Below are positions 20,350 to 28,427 of a stretch of 64,000 nt of DNA, piece after piece. Position numbers and translations under genes: made by a program. Position 1 is the first letter of the stretch. The number at the start of each line of letters is the position of its first letter. The DNA is from an uncultured delta proteobacterium (GTDB lineage Bacteria; Myxococcota; Kuafuiibacteriia; Kuafuiibacteriales; Kuafuiibacteriaceae), in assembly GCA_963803435.1 (NCBI GenBank), contig CAWDML010000009.1, forward strand, positions 64,001 through 128,000, given 5' to 3'. The notes under the pieces are model-generated. The model searched no databases. It was not told the DNA's origin and worked only from the letters and a program-made list of their open reading frames with translations.

Positions 20350-23137
20350 GCTTGCCGCGGACGTCGATCACCAGCACCGTGCCGTCGGTGCGGAGCCCGA
20401 TCAGCCGGCCCGCGGACTCGACCAGCCTCTTGAACGGTCCCAGCTTCTGGCGTCCCGCGATGATCGCGCGGTCCAGATCGATCGCAGCCAGCGTGCCGTC
20501 CTCGAGGGCGACGAACCCAGGCTCGAGGGCCACGATCGATCCGGGCATCACGATGGGCCGCTGCTTGCCGCGCTCGTCCACCAGGATCGCGCGCCGTCCG
20601 CTCGCCACCAGATAGCCGCTCGCTGTCGCGACCGCGAGGGTCTCGCCCGGGATCGACAGATCGAAGCGCGTCTTCCCGTCCTCGAGCGCGAGTCCGCGGA
20701 AGCCCTTCTCGCTCTTCACCAGCGCCGTCTCCTCGCCGAGCCAGGCGCCGGTGGCGTGGGCGCCGATGGGGAGCAGCCACTTGCGCGCGCCGGTGGCGAC
20801 CTCGAGGAGCTGGACGCCGTCCGCATCCGTCCCCACCATTGCAAACCGCTGATCGGCCGTGAGCATGTCGGTCGGCGCGTCGAACGTCTGACGCCACTTC
20901 GGCTTGCCGGCGGCGTCGAGGCGGGAGAGGGCGTTCGCCTTGCCCGACTCCACGGCGAACAGCGCACCGCCGGCGAGCCGCTGCTCCTTCGCGCGGCGCC
21001 CGCCCGCTTTCCCGGCCCGATCGATGAAGCCGCCGTCGATCTCGAAGCCGTCCAGCGCTGCGCCGATCGCCTTGCCGGGCTTGGACCAGAGCACCTTGCC
21101 GGGATCGGCGAGCGCGCGGGCGGTGACCGTCCCCTTGACCAGCACCAGCAGCTGATCGCCGGCCACCGCCAGATCCTCGATCGGATCGTCGAGCGCCAGG
21201 CGGGCCTCGATCCCGGCCAGCCGCCGGAGCGCCTCGCCGGCCCGCATCACCAGCGGGTCCCCCTTGGGGGCGCGGGCGATCAGATCCAGCCAGTCGACCA
21301 CCGCCTCGGTCGGATGCCCCTCGGTGGCCTGGGCGTGGAGGGCGCGCGCGTCGAGCTGGTGGGGGTTGCGGACCAGGACGGCGTGGGCGAGCGCCAGGGC
21401 GGGGGCTCGCTGGCCCAGCGCCACGTAGGCCCGGGCCAGGTCCATGCGGGCCTGCTCGAGCCAGCGCGTGGGCCGCGGATCGTTCCCTGCGGGGAGCCCG
21501 TAGATCGTCCCCTTCTCCAGGACCGCCGCGCCGCCCTTCGGCCCGACGGCCACCTCGGCGATCTTCCCCTCGAGGTCCACGACCTGGATGAGCTGACCGC
21601 GCTGATGATCGAGCATGATCGCGCGCGTCCCGGTGGCGCCGGCGATCACGCCGCTGAACGTCGACAGGGAGCTCACCGGGGCGCGCTGGCGCGCGGACCA
21701 GATCGGCTTGCCGTCGAAGTTACGGGCGAGCACCGCGTAGGGGCCGTCGGCCGGATGAACCACGCCCGAGTAGTCGGGGAGCGAGAGGACCGGCGACGAG
21801 GCGCCGGAGAAGATCCGCCCGATCCCGCTGCGCGTGCTGGGATCCAGGATCGCGAGCAGCGTCTTTCGGCCCCGGCGCGCCGTCACCGCGAGGCGCTCTC
21901 CGCCCACGGCCGGCGGCCACTCGACGCCGGGGAAGCGGGTCACGCGCTTCGTGATCTCGCCGCGCTGCGGATCGACCAGCACGACCTCGTCACTGCCGAC
22001 CAGCGCCCACAGCGAGCCCTTGGCGGTGACGGCCAGCGGTGAGGAGATCTCGTCCTTGAGGTCGATCTTCCGCTTCTCCGCGCCGTCGGCGGTGTTGATC
22101 ACGTGGATGAACGTGGAGGAGGGGAGCGCCAGATCGGTGCCTACCAGCGTCGGCCCGGCCGTGACGTCGTCGAGGGGATCGAACTTCCAGAGGACATCGC
22201 CCTTGTTGGGATCGATCGCGAGCAGCTGCTCCGATCCCGAGACGAACAGGCGGCCGCCGAAGAACACGATCTCGGGGTTGGGCGCCAGCAGATCGAGCGT
22301 CCAGGACGGCTTCCCGTTCCGGGGATCGAGCGCCACGATCTTGGTCTCGAGGAGGGCCAGCAGCAGGTGGTCCACCTGGACCAGCTCGGGCTCGGCGGTC
22401 CCCAGCGTGGCCCGCCAGCGCTCCTCCCCGGAGGTCGGGTCGAGCGCGACGAAAGTGCCGGCCTCGAACGCCACCAGGAGATCGTCGAGCAGGCTGATCC
22501 GCGTGGGCGGCGGCGATGCGGGCGAGCGACGCCACACCGGTCCGACGAAGCCGTGCGCCAGGCTGTCCACCACCTGCTTCAGCACTGGCACGGCGCGGCG
22601 GTTGTCGCCGCGCCGCACCGCCGCCTCGGCCTGGGCCCAGCGCTCGAGCACGCGCCCGTTGACGGAGGAGGGCGGATCGAGCCGCGCCCGGACCACCGAC
22701 CCGATCGCCGGACCGCTGGCGGCGTAGGCGGCAGGGGCGTCGTTGCGGCAGGCGGCCAGCAAGGCGTCGGCGTTGGCGGCCCCCATCGCGTGGACCTCGG
22801 GCAGCGGCGGAAAGCCGGGCGGCCAGACCCCCGCGAGCGCGGCGAAGCTGTCGTTACCGATCGGCGCCGACTTGGTGGAGCGGCCGGCGGCGATCAGATC
22901 GCCGCCCTCGCGCGCCAGGGCGAGGTCCGCCTTCAGGCGAACCCGCGCGGCCTCGAGCTTCTCATCCTTGCCGCGGGGCGCCCGCACCACGCGCACGTCC
23001 GGGATCAGATCCAGGACCGCGGCCAGGCGCTCGTGGAGCACGCACTCGGCCTCGTTCTCCGGCGGCGGGATCAGCACCAGCGGCTGGGGGCCCTGGCTCG
23101 CGAGCGTGGACGCGAGAGCGAGGAGCGCTGCGCTCAC
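20333..23137 (-). CDS. PQQ-like (BamB-like) beta-propeller repeat protein with TPR-like inserts
   Basis: Repeated ALDxxxGxxxW blades; signal peptide. Confidence 0.8.
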   Translation of the reverse strand: MSAALLALASTLASQGPQPLVLIPPPENEAECVLHERLAAVLDLIPDVRVVRAPRGKDEKLEAARVRLKADLALAREGGDLIAAGRSTKSAPIGNDSFAALAGVWPPGFPPLPEVHAMGAANADALLAACRNDAPAAYAASGPAIGSVVRARLDPPSSVNGRVLERWAQAEAAVRRGDNRRAVPVLKQVVDSLAHGFVGPVWRRSPASPPPTRISLLDDLLVAFEAGTFVALDPTSGEERWRATLGTAEPELVQVDHLLLALLETKIVALDPRNGKPSWTLDLLAPNPEIVFFGGRLFVSGSEQLLAIDPNKGDVLWKFDPLDDVTAGPTLVGTDLALPSSTFIHVINTADGAEKRKIDLKDEISSPLAVTAKGSLWALVGSDEVVLVDPQRGEITKRVTRFPGVEWPPAVGGERLAVTARRGRKTLLAILDPSTRSGIGRIFSGASSPVLSLPDYSGVVHPADGPYAVLARNFDGKPIWSARQRAPVSSLSTFSGVIAGATGTRAIMLDHQRGQLIQVVDLEGKIAEVAVGPKGGAAVLEKGTIYGLPAGNDPRPTRWLEQARMDLARAYVALGQRAPALALAHAVLVRNPHQLDARALHAQATEGHPTEAVVDWLDLIARAPKGDPLVMRAGEALRRLAGIEARLALDDPIEDLAVAGDQLLVLVKGTVTARALADPGKVLWSKPGKAIGAALDGFEIDGGFIDRAGKAGGRRAKEQRLAGGALFAVESGKANALSRLDAAGKPKWRQTFDAPTDMLTADQRFAMVGTDADGVQLLEVATGARKWLLPIGAHATGAWLGEETALVKSEKGFRGLALEDGKTRFDLSIPGETLAVATASGYLVASGRRAILVDERGKQRPIVMPGSIVALEPGFVALEDGTLAAIDLDRAIIAGRQKLGPFKRLVESAGRLIGLRTDGTVLVIDVRGKLKGPG

Positions 23138-23174
23138 GCCTCGCGAGTAGCATTCCTATATACTGCGCGCCACC

Positions 23175-24410
23175 GTGTCTCGACGGCTGCAGAACCTGCT
23201 GCTCGTCGTCGGCAGCGCGGTGGTCTGTGCCGCGCTCATGGAGCTCGGCCTTCACGTCGTGGGCTTCTCGGCGCCGAGCTTCTACGAGCCAGATCGGTTC
23301 ACCGGCGCGCGCCACCGTCCCGGCGCCGAGGGATGGGATCGCCGCGAGGGGGAGACCTACGTCCGGATCAGCGCCCAGGGGCTGCGCGATCGGGACCACC
23401 GGGAGGCGAAGCCGCCGGGCACGGTCCGCATCGTGGTGCTGGGCGACTCCTACGCCGAGGGTCTGGCGGTGGAGCTCGACCAGACGTTCTGGTCCGTCGC
23501 CGCCGCCGACGTTGCAAGCTGCCCTGCGCTCGCGGGCCGGACGATCGAGCCGATCAACCTGGGCGTCTCGGGCTACGGCCCCGCCCAGGAGCTGCTGGCG
23601 CTGCGCCACCGCGGCTTCGCCTTCGACCCGGACTTGGTGGTGACGGCGTTCTTCTCGGAGAACGACGTCCGCGACGACTCGCGCGCGCTCTCCCGCGAGC
23701 CGCTGCGGCCCTACTACACGCTCCAGGACGGTCTGCTCCAGCTCGACGACCGCTTCCTCGCCAGCTCCGAGTATCGGCTGAAGGCGGCGTTCCTCTCCCG
23801 CCTGCTCTACGGCGCGATCGATCGCGTGCGCCTTCTCCAGCTCGCCAACCTGGCCAAGAACAACCTGCGGAGGCGGTGGGTGCTCCACCAGGATCCGTCG
23901 GCCTCCGGCGTGCTCGAGCCGCCGGATCACCCGGTCCGTCATCCGCTCTACTCCGAGCCGACCGACCCCCGCTGGCGCGACGCCTGGGCTGTGACCGAGG
24001 CGCTGATCGCCGAGACCGCGCGCGAGACGGCCTCGCACGGCGCGCGGTTCGTGTTGATGAGCGTGAGCAACCCCGTCCAGGTCCATCCCGACGCCGCGCT
24101 CCGCGGGCGCTTCGAGTCGGCCTACGGCGTCGCGGATTTGTTCGAGCCCGAGCGCCGTCTGGGCGCGCTGGCGCGGCGGGAAGGGCTGCCATACCTACCT
24201 CTCGCGCCCGGGATGCAGGCGGAGGCCGACCGGACGGGCACCTTCTTCCACGGCTTCGCCCGGATCGGTACGGAGGGGCGGGGCCACTGGAACGTGCAGG
24301 GGCATCGCTTCGCCGGCCACGCGCTGGCGGAGCGTCTCTGCGCGATCCTGACCTCGAGCGCGTCGGACGCCGTGCGAGCCCGCACGGGCTCGCGCCCGGG
24401 CCCCACCTGA
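23175..24410 (+). CDS. Membrane-anchored SGNH/GDSL hydrolase family protein
   Basis: VLGDSYAEG, NLGVSGYG, ENDV and GHWNVQGH motifs; N-terminal TM helix. Confidence 0.9.
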   Translation: MSRRLQNLLLVVGSAVVCAALMELGLHVVGFSAPSFYEPDRFTGARHRPGAEGWDRREGETYVRISAQGLRDRDHREAKPPGTVRIVVLGDSYAEGLAVELDQTFWSVAAADVASCPALAGRTIEPINLGVSGYGPAQELLALRHRGFAFDPDLVVTAFFSENDVRDDSRALSREPLRPYYTLQDGLLQLDDRFLASSEYRLKAAFLSRLLYGAIDRVRLLQLANLAKNNLRRRWVLHQDPSASGVLEPPDHPVRHPLYSEPTDPRWRDAWAVTEALIAETARETASHGARFVLMSVSNPVQVHPDAALRGRFESAYGVADLFEPERRLGALARREGLPYLPLAPGMQAEADRTGTFFHGFARIGTEGRGHWNVQGHRFAGHALAERLCAILTSSASDAVRARTGSRPGPT

Positions 24411-24428
24411 GGCACTCTTTTCGCCGGC

Positions 24429-25505
24429 ATGCTGCGCCCTCTGCTCTTTCACCTGGTTCTCCTGACGGCGCTCGCGACGCGGGCGGAGGCGGCGGAGAGC
24501 GTGAAGCTGGTGAACGCGAAGGGTGAGGTCTCGGTCCGGGCGCCGAAGGCCACCGCCTACCAGCGGATCGGAGACGGCGCGGAGGTCGCGGATCGATCGC
24601 GCCTGCGCACGGGCAAGGACGGAGAGGCCACGCTCCGGTTCCCCGACGGCAGCGAGGCCAAGGTCAGCCCGAAGAGCGAGATCATCGTGCACGCCGAACG
24701 GACCGATCAGGAGCCGGCCGGCGCCACGCTGTTCTTCGGTCGGGTCTGGTCGAAGGTGGTGAAGGCGGTCGGAGGCGAGACCTCGTTCGAGGTGCGCTCT
24801 GCGAACGCGGTCGCGGGCGTGCGCGGCACCGAGTTCGAGGTCGGCGTCGCGGATGACGGCTCTGCGCGCGTGATCGTGCGCGAGGGCGTGGTCGCCGTGG
24901 AGGGCGAGGCCGGCAAACCGGTCAACGTGGCCCGCGGGTTCGAGGTGGAGTCGGATCATCAAGGACGGCTCGATCGGACCCGGAAGGCCGCGGGGGACCC
25001 GGAGTGGGACGGCTGGTTCAGCAAGCGCGCCCGCACGCTCGAGCGTGAGGGCGTGAAGGTGGCCCAGGATCTGGACGGCCGGCTCAGCCGTCGATGGCGC
25101 CAGGTGGAGAAGCTGGTGCGGGAGCAGCGCGTGCTGCGGGAGCAGATCGAGAAGCTCGAGCGCCGGGGCAAGGCCGGCGAGGACGTCCAGGGCGAGCTCG
25201 AGTCGAAGCTGGCCGAGCTCGAGCGTACGACCGAGCGCCTCGCCAGCATGCGCGCGCGCCTCGAGGCCGCGTTCGGGATCTTCGAGCGCTGGGGAGCGCT
25301 CGCCGAGCAGGGCGCCATCCAGCACGGCGATCAGGTGGGATCGCTCGCCGGCAACGTCGCGCGCATCGCGGCCGACTTCGCCGACATGATCGAGGAAGGC
25401 ACCGACCTCTCGCCTGAGGGCATGGAAGAGATGATGGACGACATGAAGAAGGGGCCGACGCTCAAGCAGAAGAAGAAGAGCGCTGCGGACGAGCTCCTGA
25501 AGTGA
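24429..25505 (+). CDS. Secreted FecR-domain protein with C-terminal coiled coil
   Basis: Signal peptide; FecR signature AVAGVRGTEF...VREGVV; heptad-rich C-terminal half. Confidence 0.8.
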   Translation: MLRPLLFHLVLLTALATRAEAAESVKLVNAKGEVSVRAPKATAYQRIGDGAEVADRSRLRTGKDGEATLRFPDGSEAKVSPKSEIIVHAERTDQEPAGATLFFGRVWSKVVKAVGGETSFEVRSANAVAGVRGTEFEVGVADDGSARVIVREGVVAVEGEAGKPVNVARGFEVESDHQGRLDRTRKAAGDPEWDGWFSKRARTLEREGVKVAQDLDGRLSRRWRQVEKLVREQRVLREQIEKLERRGKAGEDVQGELESKLAELERTTERLASMRARLEAAFGIFERWGALAEQGAIQHGDQVGSLAGNVARIAADFADMIEEGTDLSPEGMEEMMDDMKKGPTLKQKKKSAADELLK

Positions 25506-25777
25506 TCACCTCTTCGTTTGAGTAGAATCCATTTGAAATAAGTCCGGGATCCGACGATCTCGTGTCGGGATCGGTCGATCCCACGCGATCGATCCCCTGG
25601 GCGAGCGCCCGATCCCGAGCGTGAAGAATTCGCCACAGAAAATAGGCATACGGACCGCCCGACCGACCCGTGGTCCGAAACGCCCTCGAAAGGTGCATTT
25701 CCGGGCGGTTCCTGGAGAAAAAATGCATGTACGAGCTGAAAAAGGGGGTTTTCGGGCTGTTTTTGGACTTGTATGTA

Positions 25778-25806
25778 TTGCGCCACCCAAACGATTCGGC
25801 TAAAGG
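25778..25806 (+). promoter_or_regulatory. Putative sigma70-type promoter for the histone gene
   Basis: TTGCGC (25778-25783), 17-bp spacer, TAAAGG (25801-25806), with A/T tracts upstream in an AT-rich gap. Confidence 0.45.
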
Positions 25807-25934
25807 GATGCGCGGCGCTGGGCGCGAAAAGGCCCAGGAGACGCGAAATCGAGCGAACTCGACGACAAACCCAATCTGCGAACGCCGATGGATCGGCTTC
25901 GCCGAACGAAATGGAAAGGCTGATGGAGGAAGGG

Positions 25935-26150
25935 ATGGCCGGAAAGAAGAAGGACGCGAACACCACGAAGAAGCCCCGCGAGATGCTTCTCGTGCAGAGC
26001 AAGGTGAAAGAGTACATCCGCGGTCACGACATGATGTGCTCCTCGGATCTGGTCGACGCGCTGAACGAGCGGGTCGCCGGCATTCTCGACGACGCGGTCA
26101 CCCGCGCCGGCTCGAACGGCCGCAAGACCGCCCGAGCGCACGACATCTGA
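25935..26150 (+). CDS. Bacterial histone-fold protein (Bd0055/face-to-face-like) with Lys-rich N-terminal tail
   Basis: LLVQSKVKEYIR...MMCSSDLVDALN...ILDDAVTRAGSNGRKTARAHDI with the histone RxTxxxxD motif; GGAGGA RBS at 25925-25930. Confidence 0.9.
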   Translation: MAGKKKDANTTKKPREMLLVQSKVKEYIRGHDMMCSSDLVDALNERVAGILDDAVTRAGSNGRKTARAHDI

Positions 26151-27273
26151 TCCGCCGCCGGCGGGGGATCGCACGAAGGACGATGGCGAGCAGAAGGGCC
26201 GGGGCACCGTGACCGGCCCCTTCTCCTCGTGCTCCCTGCGTGCAACGACAGTCGCTGTCGCCGCCCTCGATCTTCCTCCCGGCGTCGGGTGTCTCCAGGG
26301 CGGGGCAGCCGTCGAGACGCGTGCAGAGCGTCCCGCGCCCCCGCGTCAGCGTCTCCCAGGTTGACCCGATCTCGTCGCGGGCGGCGTCGATGGCCTCGGC
26401 CTCGGCGATCACCGCCGTCGAGGTCGCGCTCTCGCCCGGACGCGTGAGGAGCGCGAACAGCACGGCCATCCGCGATCCCTCAGGGCCCGCCGAATCGCGC
26501 GGACCGGCGGCCTCGACCACCTCCTCGATGGACAGCGCGACCTCGGTCCCGAGGATCACGGTCCCGGGCGGTAGCTCGGCGGCCCCGGGGATCCAGGCGC
26601 CGCCTTCGGTCCGGCCGCCGGCGATGAAGAAGAATGGGCCCACCTCGTCGGGCCTCGCCAGGCCGAGGGCGTAGAGGTCGAGCGACGAGAAGCGCACGTT
26701 GCGAGAGACCACCACGAAGCGACCGGCGCCGAGGGCGCGGAGCTCGTGACCGCCCATCAGGGATCCGTCCGAGTCCAGCAGCGCGTGCCAGTGCGCGCGC
26801 TGGCGGCCGAGCAGATCGATCGCGACGGTCGACGACGAGGGCGTCACCGGCGGGAAGTAGGCGAGGTGACGGTGGGCGAGCTCGTGAGACGCGTCGGCCC
26901 CGAGCCGCTGACCGTGCGTCGAGCGCTGCTTGAGATCGACCACGCCCACCAGCGCGGCCACGCCGAACTCGGCGCGTTGATCGATCGGACCCATCCCGGT
27001 GCCGGCCGTGTCGTTGAAGAGCGGCACGAAGTACGACGGCCCCCCCGCGCCCAGATCCTCGAAGGTGGTGAACAGCACGAGGATGGCGGGGGCGTCGACA
27101 CCCTCGGCGGCGAAGCGCGCGGTGATCGCGGCCAGATCGTTGCGCTCGGCGTCGAACCGGATGCCGAGCGCGCCGTCGATCCCGCTGATCAGCGTCTCGT
27201 CGCCCTCGAGGATGACGACCTGGCCCCGCCGCTCGACCAGACCCCGCCGCACGGTGGCCGGCCGCAGCGTCAT
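26098..27273 (-). CDS. Putative surface metalloprotease with MYXO-CTERM-like tail
   Basis: HELAHRH and GRQRAHW motifs; C-terminal CRC-linker-hydrophobic-RRRR tail; true start may be upstream because a lipobox-like LLALVVSGC lies near 27320-27345. Confidence 0.65.
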   Translation of the reverse strand: MTLRPATVRRGLVERRGQVVILEGDETLISGIDGALGIRFDAERNDLAAITARFAAEGVDAPAILVLFTTFEDLGAGGPSYFVPLFNDTAGTGMGPIDQRAEFGVAALVGVVDLKQRSTHGQRLGADASHELAHRHLAYFPPVTPSSSTVAIDLLGRQRAHWHALLDSDGSLMGGHELRALGAGRFVVVSRNVRFSSLDLYALGLARPDEVGPFFFIAGGRTEGGAWIPGAAELPPGTVILGTEVALSIEEVVEAAGPRDSAGPEGSRMAVLFALLTRPGESATSTAVIAEAEAIDAARDEIGSTWETLTRGRGTLCTRLDGCPALETPDAGRKIEGGDSDCRCTQGARGEGAGHGAPALLLAIVLRAIPRRRRIRCRALGRSCGRSSRRG

Positions 27274-27396
27274 CTCGGGCCAACGGCCCGGCGTGAACGT
27301 CCCCGTCTCGACGGCGCCGCAGCCGCTGACGACCAGGGCGAGGAGCCACAGCCAGGCCGCTTGACCGCGCGAACGTCGGTAGTGATCCTGCGCTCC

Positions 27397-27612
27397 GTGA
27401 AGTTCCGCCTGAAACGGCGCGTGAAGAAGATGAACGTCTGCACGCGGTGCGAGGCGACGATGGACCGCCGCACCGCCATCCCCGAGGGCGCCGGCCGTCG
27501 CTACTGGGGCGACGTCGAGCCGTACGTGTACGTCGGCGACGCCGAGATCCATCACTTCATCTGTACGAGCTGCGGGAACCTCACGGCGATCCAATTCCGC
27601 GAGGCGGCCTAG
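27397..27612 (+). CDS. Small zinc-ribbon protein
   Basis: CTRC...CTSC pair, basic N-terminus; start GTG 27397 or ATG 27430. Confidence 0.6.
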   Translation: MKFRLKRRVKKMNVCTRCEATMDRRTAIPEGAGRRYWGDVEPYVYVGDAEIHHFICTSCGNLTAIQFREAA

Positions 27613-27622
27613 GACGGGCCCG

Positions 27623-28381
27623 GTGGCGGTCAAAGGCCCGAAGGGATCGGATCCGCCGCCCGCGCCGCGCCCGATCAATCCGGGCGGGACCGAAGCCCGA
27701 ACCCCGGCGCCGGCCCCTGCGCCTGCGAAGCGCCCCCGCGAGGTCGAGCCCTCGCCCGATCGGCGGCGCCAGCAAGACGAGGCCGCCGCGGAGCTGTCGG
27801 CCGAGGGGCGGATCGGTGATCCGTCGCTGCCGCCCGAGGCGTTCCGGTCGATGGGGACGCTGGTGTCGGCCCGCCACCTGATGGCGCTCCTGGCCCGCAA
27901 GCGGCCCGACGTCGCCCGCGCCGCGCTGCTTGCGGAAGTGGGCGACCTCTTGCTCGCCGAGAAGGATCCGACGGCCATCCGACGGATCCTGCTCCAGATG
28001 GGCGAGGTCGGGCGCATCGTCGACATCTATCCGCTCGAGGTCCTCGACTATGTGCTGCACGCGCGCCCCGCTGCGCTCCCCGGCTTCTCCTACGGGCCGG
28101 TGATCTTGAACAAGGTCGAGCTCGAGTCGCGGACGTTCGGCGTCGAGGAGCTGATCCGAATCAAGGTTCCGTTATCACTTCGAATGCGCGGGTTCGCGCT
28201 GGAGGGCGGTGGGGCGCCGGGCTACTGCTTCGCGCCGGGCGGCCTCGCCGAGTACCACCTCGAGCTCGCCGCGCCCGGCGCGTTCCCCATCCTGGTGCGT
28301 GGGGAAATCCGGAAAAAGAGCCTGATCGACCGGGCCATCCTCACGATCGAGGACCGACCCGATGGGCAACCTCAATGGTAG
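27623..28381 (+). CDS. Hypothetical protein with disordered Pro-rich N-terminus
   Basis: 252-aa ORF with protein-like composition, co-oriented with neighbours. Confidence 0.65.
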   Translation: MAVKGPKGSDPPPAPRPINPGGTEARTPAPAPAPAKRPREVEPSPDRRRQQDEAAAELSAEGRIGDPSLPPEAFRSMGTLVSARHLMALLARKRPDVARAALLAEVGDLLLAEKDPTAIRRILLQMGEVGRIVDIYPLEVLDYVLHARPAALPGFSYGPVILNKVELESRTFGVEELIRIKVPLSLRMRGFALEGGGAPGYCFAPGGLAEYHLELAAPGAFPILVRGEIRKKSLIDRAILTIEDRPDGQPQW

Positions 28382-28427
28382 TATTCCAGAGCGGTTGCGC
28401 CGGACCGGACCGCCTTGGATTCCGCGC

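Noticed and set aside
25506-25934. Replication origin in the AT-rich, GATC-rich gap
   Set aside because: No DnaA boxes (TTATCCACA-like) seen and no dnaA/dnaN/gidA/parAB context
25773-25934. Longer 125-aa version of the histone ORF
   Set aside because: The upstream part overlaps the predicted promoter and leader; the best RBS precedes ATG 25935
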